A program made the translations under genes and the position numbers. This document shows positions 1-9,554 of a stretch of 64,000 bases of DNA, piece after piece. This stretch comes from Candidatus Multivoradales bacterium. GTDB taxonomy: Bacteria; Acidobacteriota; Thermoanaerobaculia; Multivoradales; JAHEKO01. Numbering within the stretch: position 1 is the first letter of the stretch; each line of letters starts with the position of its first letter. The stretch lies in NCBI GenBank assembly GCA_965223855.1, contig CBDCXM010000002.1, positions 225,879 to 289,878 of the forward strand. The letters run 5' to 3'. The notes under the pieces are model-generated. The model was not told where the DNA came from, made no database searches, and was given only the letters and a program-made list of their open reading frames with translations.

Positions 1-417
1 AACGATCTCCTCATGCCGCCGATCGGCATGGCGCTCGGGTCGGTGGAGTTCGAGGACTCCTTCTGGCTGCTGCGCGACGGCGATCCCGCTGCCCCCTACC
101 GAACGCTCGAGGCGGCCCAGGAGGCGGGGGCGGTCACCGTCAACTACGGCGTCTTCGTCAACAACGTCATCTCGCTGCTGTTCGTCGGTCTGGCCCTCTT
201 CGTGATCGTCCGCCTCGTCAACCGGCTCGACAGCGCGATGGACGAAGTCATCGACCACGAGCCGGTGCCCGAGGGCGAGCCGGCGCACAAGAAGTGCCCC
301 TACTGCCGCTCGCAGATCGCCTTTCGCGCCGTGCGGTGCCGCGAATGTACATCGAGACTCGAGGGGTTCGAGCAGGTGGCGCTCGAGACGGCGGGGCCGA
401 CGACCGAGGCGGGCTGA
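1..417 (+). CDS. mscL: Large-conductance mechanosensitive channel (5' end outside window) with C-terminal CxxC...CxxC tail
   Basis: Frame opens NDLLMPPIG; NYGVFVNNVISLLFVGLALFVIVR is TM2-like; tail KKCPYCRSQIAFRAVRCRECTS. Confidence 0.9.
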   Translation, partial: NDLLMPPIGMALGSVEFEDSFWLLRDGDPAAPYRTLEAAQEAGAVTVNYGVFVNNVISLLFVGLALFVIVRLVNRLDSAMDEVIDHEPVPEGEPAHKKCPYCRSQIAFRAVRCRECTSRLEGFEQVALETAGPTTEAG

Positions 418-843
418 CCCGGCGGCTCCTCGATCGCGGAGAAGGCCCCCGGTGGCTGTTCGAGCAGTCGGTGTGAAGGGACTCGGGTAGGGAAGAGGCC
501 CCGGGCACGTTTCTCTCGGAGTCTTCGGGCAAGCCCGGGTAGTTCGAATTTGGGACGTCGCGAGAGGAGGCCTTGCTCCAGCGGCCCGCTCCGGTCGCAT
601 GTCTCGCGGAGGGTCGGTCGTGCAGGAGTGGGGTCGGAGCGAGGCTCGTGGCGGCTCTTGCCCTACCTGGAAAGCGTGCGTGGCGGGCCTGCCAACGGTT
701 CATGAACGCCTGGGACCTCGGCGATTCCTCCGTCAGCGTAGATCGTCAAGGCGTTCGGCAGCACCGAGGACGGACGGCGGCTCCGCACTCGACCACTCAC
801 TCGGTCTCGTAGAATCGATCTCGTGAGTTCACTAAAGGGCAAT

Positions 844-1788
844 ATGTCGGGGCGCAGGCGTGGCCGCGTTCGCGGAGGCCTGCTTCTGGCGCTGGCGGTT
901 GCCGCTCTGATCGCCGCGAGTCCCGGGACCGTCGTCGCCGCCTGGGAAAGGGTCGTCCGGTTTTTCTCCGTCAGCGGCGACCCCATCCCCACGGGCCCGC
1001 CCGTCCTGTCGGACCACGAGATCGAGCGGATCGCGGAGATGGAGCCACAGCAGCAGGCCGAGACGCTCCTGAAGCGGTCGATTCACGGGTTCGCCGGAGC
1101 GCGAGAGCTTCTCGAAGCGGAGCTGCCGAACTGGCTCGGTGCGATCGAGATGACCCCCGAGCTTCGGAACGTCTACTGGATGGCGATGAACGCCCCGAAT
1201 CTCAGGACGAGGGCCGCGGGGATCGAGGTCTACCTGGCGGCCTACCGGTACGCGAAGACGACCGAAGAGATCGACGTGCTGATCGACCGGATCGAGGACT
1301 CCCCGGAGGGCCGTCCGAGTCGTCTCTCCGTGCTCGGGCTCCTGGCGAACCGCGGGGTCGAGCCGGACCGGGCGTTCGAGACGCTGAGCGCATTCGTTGG
1401 GTCCGGCACTCGCGACGAACGCTACTGGGCGGTCCAGGGACTCGCCTACTCGGGCGACGTGCGCCAGATCCCGGTGCTGCTCGAGGTCTTCCGCAGCGAT
1501 CCGGATCCGACCGTCCGGGAGCGCGCGGCCTGCAATCTTGCCCAATCGGGGATGCTGCAATGGGCTGATCGATGGAAGAGCCTGCCCGGCTTGCTCGCCA
1601 TGGCCGAGGATTCCGGGATCGTCGACCCGACGCGCAAGTGGGTCTTCCAGGCACTTCGGGACATCACCGGAGAGAGCTTCCAGCGGGACGCATCGCGATG
1701 GCGCGAGTGGTGGGAGAACGGAGGTCGCGAGCAGCGGCCGGAGGGTCGGGCGGGCGAAAGGGCTGGACCAACATTGGGACGGGCGTAG
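844..1788 (+). CDS. Membrane-anchored or secreted HEAT-repeat protein
   Basis: N-terminal hydrophobic segment; HEAT-like ERYWAVQGLA...DPDPTVRERAACNL...ALRDITGE...WREWW; start chosen at ATG 844. Confidence 0.65.
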   Translation: MSGRRRGRVRGGLLLALAVAALIAASPGTVVAAWERVVRFFSVSGDPIPTGPPVLSDHEIERIAEMEPQQQAETLLKRSIHGFAGARELLEAELPNWLGAIEMTPELRNVYWMAMNAPNLRTRAAGIEVYLAAYRYAKTTEEIDVLIDRIEDSPEGRPSRLSVLGLLANRGVEPDRAFETLSAFVGSGTRDERYWAVQGLAYSGDVRQIPVLLEVFRSDPDPTVRERAACNLAQSGMLQWADRWKSLPGLLAMAEDSGIVDPTRKWVFQALRDITGESFQRDASRWREWWENGGREQRPEGRAGERAGPTLGRA

Positions 1789-2053
1789 CGAGACGAACCG
1801 ACTCAGGCCGGAGGACCGAGGGCGTGGCGTGCCGAGGCGCTCGACGACGGCGCCAGGGACGAGGCCGCGATCGTCGGGGAGAAGGATCTCCGGGCAGGAC
1901 GAGACGCAAGCCGGGAAACTCCCGGCTCGCTGAGCTGCCGCGGCCAACCCGATGGGCGCGGCAGCTGCCCACCCGTCTCCCAAGTTCTTCCTGCCTACCC
2001 GGACAGCGACGGTAGCGCTCAGGGAGAGGTTCGGGTGCCGATCCCGCCGTCCT

Positions 2054-3169
2054 TCAACCTCCGGCCGACAACGTCAGCAACGGCGCCGCGCTCGACGGCT
2101 CGGACTGCAGGGAGAAGAGGTATTTCAGCAGCCCGAAGCTGGTCTTCGAGTTGAGGTCGCTGTCGTCGAGGTAGAACCAGTGGCCGCGGTAGAGGACCTT
2201 GACGAAGGCGTTGGTCGGCATGTCGGGCGACGTGTGGACCCGGAGCAGTCTGCCGGAGAGTTCGTCCCAGTCGAAGCGGCTGCCGTCGGTGTGGCGGGTG
2301 ACGGTGACCCAGCCGGCTTCTTCGTGGGCGGATGGGACTTCGACCGATTGTGAAAGGAAGAACAGCGTGCCCATCAGCGAGCGGCCGACGACTCCGATCT
2401 CGCTCTCCCCGCGATCGAGGACGGCGTCGCTGATCTCGAACTCGGAAGCGCCGGTAGGCAGCTCGAGAAGCTCCCGAAGTCGCCGCAGCTTGCTCTCGAG
2501 CCCTTCGTAGCCCGCGGTCGAGGTGTGAGGAAGGAACGACAGCACGACCCGCTGCCCGCCCTCTCCGGCAGCGGAGCGCCGTCGGATCGTCGCCTGGATC
2601 CAGCCGGCGACCTGGAGCTCCCGCAGCAGCGCGCTCGCCTCCTGGAACTCGCGGTAGTGCGGCGGCTCGTAGGACGGCGTCGGCCCCGCGGCGCTCGGGG
2701 CGTTGCGCAGTCCGTTGATCTGATGGACACAGCACAACATCAGCCGCTCGATGCTCCAGCCCGACTGGGACAGCAACGTCAGCACCCGGGGCTCGAACGG
2801 CGCCAGCACCCGCTGGGCGAAGGCGGTGCCGTGGAGCGGGGTGTAGGAGATCGTCGGCGTCTCGGTGTAGGCGACACCAAGCGACGCTCCGGCACTGTCG
2901 CCGCCGGCGCCAAGATCGAAGTCGCCGCCGGCCCCCGCCGCCGCCTCGAACGTGAGCTGGGTGGTGACGCCGGCAACCTCGAGGAACTGCGGGTTGTCGC
3001 GATAGCGCAGCCTCACGAGGTTGAGGAGCATCTGCTCGTTCCACGAGCGTGAGATCGCCTCGTTGTAGCTGATCCGCGCCCCGGGCAACGACTTCGGCCC
3101 CAGGTGGGCTCCGCAGCCCGCCAGGGCGAGCGGTATCAGGATGAGGGTGAGTCGTCGGATCTTCGTCAC
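2054..3169 (-). CDS. Putative lipoprotein of unknown function
   Basis: GTG start, lipobox LALAGC, high-GC codon pattern; blocks EQMLLNLVRLRYRDNPQFL and YRGHWFYLDDSDLNSK. Confidence 0.7.
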   Translation of the reverse strand: MTKIRRLTLILIPLALAGCGAHLGPKSLPGARISYNEAISRSWNEQMLLNLVRLRYRDNPQFLEVAGVTTQLTFEAAAGAGGDFDLGAGGDSAGASLGVAYTETPTISYTPLHGTAFAQRVLAPFEPRVLTLLSQSGWSIERLMLCCVHQINGLRNAPSAAGPTPSYEPPHYREFQEASALLRELQVAGWIQATIRRRSAAGEGGQRVVLSFLPHTSTAGYEGLESKLRRLRELLELPTGASEFEISDAVLDRGESEIGVVGRSLMGTLFFLSQSVEVPSAHEEAGWVTVTRHTDGSRFDWDELSGRLLRVHTSPDMPTNAFVKVLYRGHWFYLDDSDLNSKTSFGLLKYLFSLQSEPSSAAPLLTLSAGG

Positions 3170-3330
3170 TTTTGGTCCTTTCGGGCAGGCGGGACGGCTG
3201 CTCTGGAACTCGCGAGCATGAGCTCCTCGAAGCCTCAGGCGTCGTACGGCTCGATTTGTCACCCGATGCTGGTCTCTGCCGGGAGAAGGTGCAAGTGCCT
3301 GGCACCCCCCGAGGGTGGCGGGTCCAGGCG

Positions 3331-4026
3331 TTACGGTGTGGGCTGGTCGTTGCTGAAGGCGTCGCTGCGCGGATCCCAGAACGGATCGTCGAGGCCCAGA
3401 TCGGCGAAGATCGCCACCATCTCGGCAGGATCGGGACGGCGGCTGTCGGGCTGCAACCGGGTCGAGTACCAGGTTTCGGCCAGGTGCCAGAGCTGATCCA
3501 TCGTGACCAGCGGGCGCTTCGGGTGATTCCCCGCTGTGCACCATTCGACGACCGCCTCCTCCGACCGGAAGAAGAGCATGTTGTGTCAGGTGAAGACGAG
3601 GTCGTCCCACCAGTGCGCGGCCGGGACGAGGCAGTGGAACAGCCAGTCGCTCGGCGGAGGGCCGTCGGCACCGACCTCGAGAGACAGAGGCTCGAGCGTC
3701 TGCTCGCAGCGCGAGCGCACCGAGCAGGATTGCTGCAGCGCCGCCGGGATGCCGAGCGCGTCCCAGGCACAGTTGGCGAAGTAACGGCGGTCCGCGGACT
3801 CGACGAAGTGCTGGGTCTCGGCGGCGGAGAACGGGGGTGCCATGCGAATGCGACGACCGCCGGCCTCGAGGTAGAGCACTCTGGCCACCCGGAGTCGACC
3901 GAATCCGGCGACGACGTCGTCCTCCACGACGCCGAGCTGCGAGGCGAGTTGGCGCGGGGTGGGTGCGTCGCCGGTGTCGGCGAAGTGCCGGTAGACGGCC
4001 AGCTTGAGATCGAGGTCGAAGCTCAT
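3331..4026 (-). CDS. merB: MerB-like alkylmercury/organometallic lyase, probable selenoprotein (UGA at 3586-3588 read as Sec, codon 147 of 231 aa)
   Basis: N-terminal HTH-like part, RMAPPFS, YFANCAWDALG (MerB CxxD motif), WWDDLVFT-UGA-HNMLFFRSEE continuing in frame into ORF 3331..3579; SECIS-like hairpin follows. Confidence 0.8.
3555..3574 (-). promoter_or_regulatory. Candidate bacterial SECIS element
   Basis: Minus strand CTTCTTCC-GGTC-GGAGGAGG: 8-bp stem (2 G-U), loop begins GG, stem starts 11 nt after the UGA. Confidence 0.7.
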
Positions 4027-4463
4027 CGGGAGCCTCGTCGTGCGAGGGTCGTGAGAACCGCGCCGTAGGAGACGACGACCGCTCCCTCCCACGCCGTCCA
4101 GAGGGTCGGCATGCCGGCGCGCAGGTCGATGACGAACAGAGTCGCTCCCAGCAGGCCGAACGCCGCTCCGATGTAGAGGATCACTGTGCGGAGCCGCTCG
4201 ATGTCGCCGGCGACCACCCAAAGCAGGCCGCCGAGCAGCGCGTAGAGGGCCGAGCTCGAACGCGCGAGGTAGTCGGCGATCGGCAGGTCGGGGTAGGCAC
4301 CGATGCCGAGCCGGTCGTGGATCGCCCGGAACCACGACGTCGGTGCCCAGACGAAGATCAACGCAGTCAGAGAGAGGGTGCCGATGGCCCGCAGCACGAA
4401 GGCGAGCAGGCGGTCGCTGCCGGCCGTGCTGGGTGTGCGAGTGTGTGCAGGATCTTCGTTCAC
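4023..4463 (-). CDS. Small integral membrane protein (about 4 TM), translationally coupled to the merB-like gene
   Basis: Four hydrophobic stretches; its TGA overlaps the merB-like ATG (ATGA); GTG start at 4463 inferred. Confidence 0.7.
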   Translation of the reverse strand: MNEDPAHTRTPSTAGSDRLLAFVLRAIGTLSLTALIFVWAPTSWFRAIHDRLGIGAYPDLPIADYLARSSSALYALLGGLLWVVAGDIERLRTVILYIGAAFGLLGATLFVIDLRAGMPTLWTAWEGAVVVSYGAVLTTLARRGSR

Positions 4464-4560
4464 CGGTGGCTCCGACGGACGGGAGGGTAGCAGGCGCGCG
4501 CCGGAGGCGACCTTCTCCCGACGATGGCCGGTGGGTCGATAAGCTCGCCGCCGCCACGCC

Positions 4561-6378
4561 ATGCGACCGGAACTGATCGAGCAGACTCGCCGCCTCCCGG
4601 ACAAGCCCGGGATCTACGTCTTTCGCGATGCCGAGGGGCGGCCGCTCTACGTCGGCAAGGCGAAGTCGCTGCGCAAGCGGGTCGCCAGCTACCGGCGGCG
4701 CGCGGACGACCTGCGCCTCGCGACGATGGTCGCCGAGGCGTCCGAGGTCGAGACGGTCGTTACCGGCTCCGAGGCCGAGGCGCTGCTGCTCGAGAACAAC
4801 TGGATCAAGAAGCATCGGCCGCGTTACAACGTGCTGCTGCGCGACGACAAGACCTACCCCTACGTGAAGCTGACGATGCGAGACGGCTACCCTCGGATCA
4901 CCTTCACCCGCCGCATCCGCCGTGACGGCGCCGAGTACTTCGGTCCTTTCCTCCCGGGCGGCCTGGCGCGCCGGGCGATCAAGCTGACGCAGAAGCTCTT
5001 CGGCATCCGGGTCTGCACGATCGAGATCGACGGTTCGTTGCCGCGCCCGTGCCTCTACTACGACATGAAACGCTGCTTGGGCCCGTGCGTCGACGGGCTG
5101 ACGACGCAGGACGCCTACGACGCGGCGGTCGAGGACGCGCGGCTCTTCCTCGGCGGCCGGACGCAGGAGCTGACCGCCCGCCTCAAGCGCGAGATGAAGG
5201 CCGCCTCCGAAGCCCTCGAGTTCGAGCAGGCGGCGCGCCTGCGCGACACGCTTCTCGACATCGACTCGGTGACCCAGCGACGCAGCCTCGCCTCGCTGTC
5301 GGGAGAGGACGTCGACATCTACGGCTGCCATCTGGCCGGCGGCAATGCGGCGGTCACCGTGCTGGTGATGCGGGGCGGCCGGGTGCTCGATCGTCGCGAG
5401 CTGTTCTGGGAGCGGCGCCCCGACCTGACCGCTGAGCGCCTGCTGTCCGAACTGCTGCCGCAGGTCTACGAGCGGACCACCTTCATCCCCAAGGAGATCC
5501 ACCTGCCGGTGGCGATCGACGGTGGTGACGCGCTGCTCGACTGGTTGAGTGAACGCAAGGGCGAGAAGGTCTACCTGCGCTGGCCGGTGCGCGGCAGCAA
5601 GGCGCAGCGGCTCGGGATTGCGCGCCGCAACGCCGAGCTCGCCCATCGACGTCGCTTTCGCACCGACCTTAACGAGATGCGGGGCGCCGAGGCGCTGGCG
5701 AAGGCGCTCCGGCTGCCGGAGCCGCCGCAGCGCATCGAAGGAATCGACATCTCCAACCTTCAGGGGACGGAGATGGTCGGCTCGCTGGTCGTGTGGGAGG
5801 GGGGGCGGATCCTGAAGAAGGACTACCGCAGTTTCAACATCTCGAACCTCTCCGGGCAGGACGACTTCGCGGCGATCGCGCAGGTGGTGCGGCGGCGGTA
5901 CACGCGGGTGCTCGAAGAAGTCGGCTCGATGCCCGACCTGGTGCTGATCGACGGCGGTCGGGGGCAGCTCAACGCCGCGCTCGAGGCGCTCGCCGAGCTG
6001 GGCGTCGAGGAGACGCCGATCGTCGCCCTTGCCAAGAAAGAGGAGGAGCTCTACCTGCCGGCAACGCCGGAACCGCTGCGGCTCGCGCGCTCGAACGCCG
6101 GTCTCAAGCTGCTGCAGCAGGTGCGCGACGAGGCGCACCGCTTCGCCGTCGATCGCCATCGCAGGCGCCGCTCCCGCACCGCCCTGACTTCGCGCCTCGA
6201 CGGGCTGCCGGGGATCGGCAGCTACCGGCGCAAGGCGCTGCTGAAGCGCTTCGGCAGCGTCGAAGGGGTCCGGCAGGCGTCGCTGGCACAGCTGCAGGAT
6301 CTCGTCGGGCCGGTGCTCGGTCACCGGGTCTTCACACTGCTGCGGGCCGAGGAGGAGAGTCGCGATGCCGACGCCTGA
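4561..6378 (+). CDS. uvrC: Excinuclease ABC subunit C
   Basis: GIY-YIG PGIYVF..LYVGKAKSLRKRV, YNVLLRDDKTYPY, IEGIDISN, LIDGGRGQL, RDEAHRFA, HhH. Confidence 0.97.
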   Translation: MRPELIEQTRRLPDKPGIYVFRDAEGRPLYVGKAKSLRKRVASYRRRADDLRLATMVAEASEVETVVTGSEAEALLLENNWIKKHRPRYNVLLRDDKTYPYVKLTMRDGYPRITFTRRIRRDGAEYFGPFLPGGLARRAIKLTQKLFGIRVCTIEIDGSLPRPCLYYDMKRCLGPCVDGLTTQDAYDAAVEDARLFLGGRTQELTARLKREMKAASEALEFEQAARLRDTLLDIDSVTQRRSLASLSGEDVDIYGCHLAGGNAAVTVLVMRGGRVLDRRELFWERRPDLTAERLLSELLPQVYERTTFIPKEIHLPVAIDGGDALLDWLSERKGEKVYLRWPVRGSKAQRLGIARRNAELAHRRRFRTDLNEMRGAEALAKALRLPEPPQRIEGIDISNLQGTEMVGSLVVWEGGRILKKDYRSFNISNLSGQDDFAAIAQVVRRRYTRVLEEVGSMPDLVLIDGGRGQLNAALEALAELGVEETPIVALAKKEEELYLPATPEPLRLARSNAGLKLLQQVRDEAHRFAVDRHRRRRSRTALTSRLDGLPGIGSYRRKALLKRFGSVEGVRQASLAQLQDLVGPVLGHRVFTLLRAEEESRDADA

Positions 6379-7270
6379 GCTGCTGCTGGTCGACGCCAGC
6401 CCCTACCTGTTTCGCGCCCACTTCGCGCTGCCGTCGTCGATCGTCGATCGCGAGGGGCGGCCCGCCAACGCGGTCTACGGGTTCATGACCTTCCTGCTGA
6501 AGTTGCTGGCTGAGGAGCGGCCGACCCATCTGGCGATCGCCTTCGACGCCAGCCTGACGACCAGCTTCCGGAACCGGCTCTACGCCGACTACAAGGCGCA
6601 GCGCGAGCCGCCGCCGGCCGAGCTCGAGGATCAGTCCGTGGCGGCCCTCGGGCTGTGCCGCGCCTGCGGATGGTGGGCGGGCGCCGTCGACGGCTACGAG
6701 GCGGACGACATCCTCGGCGCCCTGTGCGCGCGCCTCGTAGATCGAGCCGGCCGGGCACGAGTCAGGGCGACGGTGGTGACTTCCGACAAGGACCTCGCGC
6801 AGCTCGTCTCGGACCGGGTCACCTGGCTCGACGCCCGGAAGGGAGAGCGCTACGGCCCCCGCGAGGTCGAGGCTCGCCTCGGCGTGGCTCCCGGGCAGGT
6901 GGTCGATCTCCTGGCGCTGGCCGGCGATCCGGTGGACAACATCCCGGGCGTGCCGGGGATCGGAGCGAAGACCGCCCTCCGCCTGTTGGAGCTCTTCGGT
7001 TCGCTCGAGCGGACCCTGGAGCGCCTCGACGAGCTGCCGTCCAGCGGTCTGCGGGGTGCCGCCCGTCTCGCCGGGTTGCTCGACGAGCATCGCGATCAGG
7101 CGCTTCTCTCGCGACGACTCGCGACCGTGGAGCGGGAAGTCGAAGGCGCGACTCCGGCTCTCGAGGCGTTGCGGATCGGGCCCCCGGACGCGACCGCGGT
7201 CCGCGAGTGGTGCGATCGTCTCGGCTTCGAATCGCTCCGCGATCGGCTGCTGGCGGGGGTGATCCGGTAG
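6365..7270 (+). CDS. Stand-alone 5'-3' exonuclease / flap endonuclease (PolA N-terminal-like)
   Basis: LLVDASPYLFRAHF, NAVYGF, YKAQR, GYEADD, SDKDL, GDPVDNIPGVPGIGAKTA; no polymerase domain. Confidence 0.9.
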   Translation: MPTPELLLVDASPYLFRAHFALPSSIVDREGRPANAVYGFMTFLLKLLAEERPTHLAIAFDASLTTSFRNRLYADYKAQREPPPAELEDQSVAALGLCRACGWWAGAVDGYEADDILGALCARLVDRAGRARVRATVVTSDKDLAQLVSDRVTWLDARKGERYGPREVEARLGVAPGQVVDLLALAGDPVDNIPGVPGIGAKTALRLLELFGSLERTLERLDELPSSGLRGAARLAGLLDEHRDQALLSRRLATVEREVEGATPALEALRIGPPDATAVREWCDRLGFESLRDRLLAGVIR

Positions 7271-7315
7271 GGCCGGCAGTCCGCGGCCGGGCCGACCCGC
7301 GTGCTAGATTGAGGT

Positions 7316-8164
7316 ATGGCCTCAGAGGGTGACGAGTACCTGCATGGCACCCACGAGGAAGAGCGCCGACGGCTGGCTCGGCTCAACGAACTGTTGAACG
7401 CGCGGGCGTTGCGCGACCTCGCACTGGAGCCTGCGGACCGGGTGCTCGACGTCGGCAGCGGGCTCGGATTGCTGACCCAGGCGATCGCCCGTCGGGTGGG
7501 CCCGCACGGCTCAGTGCTGGGCATCGAGAAGGACAAGGTGCAGCTCGCCTCGGCGCTTCAGAGCTGCGAGGCGCCTTCGGAGCTCGCGGCGCCGGTCGAG
7601 TTCCGGCGGGGCGACGCCCAGAGTCTGCCGCTGCGACCGGGCGAGTGGGGACAGTTCGACGTCGCCCACTGCCGCTTCGTCCTCGAGCACGTCGCCGAGC
7701 CGCAGAAGGTGGTCGAGGGGATGGCGCAGGCGGTGCGACCCGGCGGCCGAGTGGTGCTCGAAGACGACGACCACGACCTCCTGCGGCTGTGGCCCGCGCT
7801 GCCCGAGTTCGAGCAGCTCTGGTCCGCCTACGTCGAGTCGTATCGCAGGCTTGGCTGCGATCCGTTCGTCGGCCGCCGGCTCGTCGATCTGCTGCAGCGC
7901 TCCGGCCTCGAGCCGACCGGCATGGAGCTGCGCCGCTTCGGGAGTCACGAGGGAGCAGCCGACTGGCCGACCTACATGGAGAACCTCGAGGGACTGCTGG
8001 TCGGTGCCGAAGAAGCGATCCGCGACGCGGGCGAGATCGACGCCGAGACGTTCGGCGCCGCGATCCGCTCGTTGAGGCGGTGGTCGGAGCGCCCGGGGGC
8101 GGCGCTGTGGTACGTCACCTGCTGGGCCGAGGGGCACCGCGGTCGGCGCGGGACGGCCGCCTGA
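7316..8164 (+). CDS. Class I SAM-dependent methyltransferase
   Basis: VLDVGSGLG motif I; FDVAHCRFVLEHV; VRPGGRVVL. Confidence 0.88.
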   Translation: MASEGDEYLHGTHEEERRRLARLNELLNARALRDLALEPADRVLDVGSGLGLLTQAIARRVGPHGSVLGIEKDKVQLASALQSCEAPSELAAPVEFRRGDAQSLPLRPGEWGQFDVAHCRFVLEHVAEPQKVVEGMAQAVRPGGRVVLEDDDHDLLRLWPALPEFEQLWSAYVESYRRLGCDPFVGRRLVDLLQRSGLEPTGMELRRFGSHEGAADWPTYMENLEGLLVGAEEAIRDAGEIDAETFGAAIRSLRRWSERPGAALWYVTCWAEGHRGRRGTAA

Positions 8165-8175
8165 GCCGGCGCTCG

Positions 8176-8988
8176 ATGCTGCGACGGGTCTGGAACCAGG
8201 TCGCGAGGCCGCTGAACCGCCACCGTCTGCGGGCTTTCCGTCCGGTGCTGTCGGGTCGCCTCGGCAGGGCTCGTGGGGTCGCTCCGGTGTTCGTCGTTGC
8301 CGTGTCGGGTACCGTGGGATGGCTCGAGCCGTGTCTCAAGCTCGTTCCCCCGGCGAGACCACTGTGGGTCTTCGACAACGGGCTGACGCCCGGTGAGCGA
8401 AAGTGGGTGCGCAGCCTCAAGCTCCCACGTGCGCCGCGACTCGTGCGCCTACCGGTGTTGCCGGCGACGCTCGCTCCTCATGGGACCGTGCTCGACTTGC
8501 TCTTCGCTTCCGCGGCCGGCGACTTCGTTCTGCTCGACCACGACTGCTACGTGCTCGAGCCTGCACTGTTCGAGCCGCCCGAATGGGACGAGAGGGAGAT
8601 GGTCGCCGGCATCGATCGTCAGGGCTTCGTGATGATCAACGCCGCAGCCGATCTCAAGTACCCGCGCTCTCATTTCCTCGTGGTCCGTGGGGACGCGGTG
8701 CGTGCGCTGATGAAGAGCCACGCCGTCGGTTGCGAGAAGGCGACCTCGACGCCCGCCCACCTCGCCTCGCTCGTGGGGTCGATCGGCATCGGGGACCACA
8801 ACTTCCCGCCACCTCATCTGGCCTTCTACGACACGCTGCAGTTGTTGTGGTCGGTCGGCTTCGCCGACGGCTGGTCGGTCCGCTGGAGAGCGGCCGACGA
8901 GGGGGCGATTTCCCATGTCGGCGGGACGACCCGAATGGCGAGGGAGGGCATGACCGGGGGTGCGGCCGAGGTGCGCCGGGCAGGTTGA
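8176..8988 (+). CDS. Hypothetical protein, possible GT-A fold glycosyltransferase
   Basis: VFDNG and DFVLLDHDCYV (DxD-like); start inferred at ATG 8176. Confidence 0.5.
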   Translation: MLRRVWNQVARPLNRHRLRAFRPVLSGRLGRARGVAPVFVVAVSGTVGWLEPCLKLVPPARPLWVFDNGLTPGERKWVRSLKLPRAPRLVRLPVLPATLAPHGTVLDLLFASAAGDFVLLDHDCYVLEPALFEPPEWDEREMVAGIDRQGFVMINAAADLKYPRSHFLVVRGDAVRALMKSHAVGCEKATSTPAHLASLVGSIGIGDHNFPPPHLAFYDTLQLLWSVGFADGWSVRWRAADEGAISHVGGTTRMAREGMTGGAAEVRRAG

Positions 8989-9020
8989 GGTAGCCTCGCG
9001 TCTCACGAGGGAGGAGAGCG

Positions 9021-9518
9021 ATGGCGATTCAGCGAGGCGCGAGAGTGCCCGACGTTACCCTGCGTCGGGTGGGGCCGGAGGGAGTCGAGGAGGTGACGAC
9101 CGGGAACTGGCTCGCCGGGCGGCGGGTGGTTCTGTTCGCCGTGCCCGGCGCCTTCACCTCGACCTGCTCGGACGTCCATCTGCCCGGCTTCGTCGCCCAG
9201 CGTGACGCCTTCCTCGCGGCCGGTATCGACGCGGTCGCCTGTACCGCCGTGAACGACGCCTCGGTGCTGGGAGCCTGGGGCCGCTCGACCGGCGCTCTCG
9301 ACCACCTCGCGATGCTGGCGGACGGCAACGGCGATCTGGCCCGCGCCCTCGGCCTCGAGGTCGACCTCAGCCGCTTCGGCATGGGGGTGCGCTCGAAACG
9401 CTGGGCGGCCGTGATCGACGACGGTGTCGTGACCTACCTGGGTGTGGAAGACGGGCCTGAGGTCTCGGTCAGCGGTGCCGAAGCCGTCCTCGCCGCTCTC
9501 ACCGCGGCCCGGGACTGA
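9021..9518 (+). CDS. Peroxiredoxin, Prx5-like/redoxin
   Basis: VLFAVPGAFTSTCSDVHLPGF, VNDASVLGAW, ADGNG, RSKRW; SD GGAGG upstream. Confidence 0.92.
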   Translation: MAIQRGARVPDVTLRRVGPEGVEEVTTGNWLAGRRVVLFAVPGAFTSTCSDVHLPGFVAQRDAFLAAGIDAVACTAVNDASVLGAWGRSTGALDHLAMLADGNGDLARALGLEVDLSRFGMGVRSKRWAAVIDDGVVTYLGVEDGPEVSVSGAEAVLAALTAARD

Positions 9519-9554
9519 GCTATCCGGGACTGAGCAACCACCAGGCCGAGTTCG

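Noticed and set aside
9509-9535. Direct repeat CCGGGACTGAGC at the peroxiredoxin stop as a target-site duplication
   Set aside because: Only 3 bp separate the copies and no element lies between them; more likely a slippage duplication
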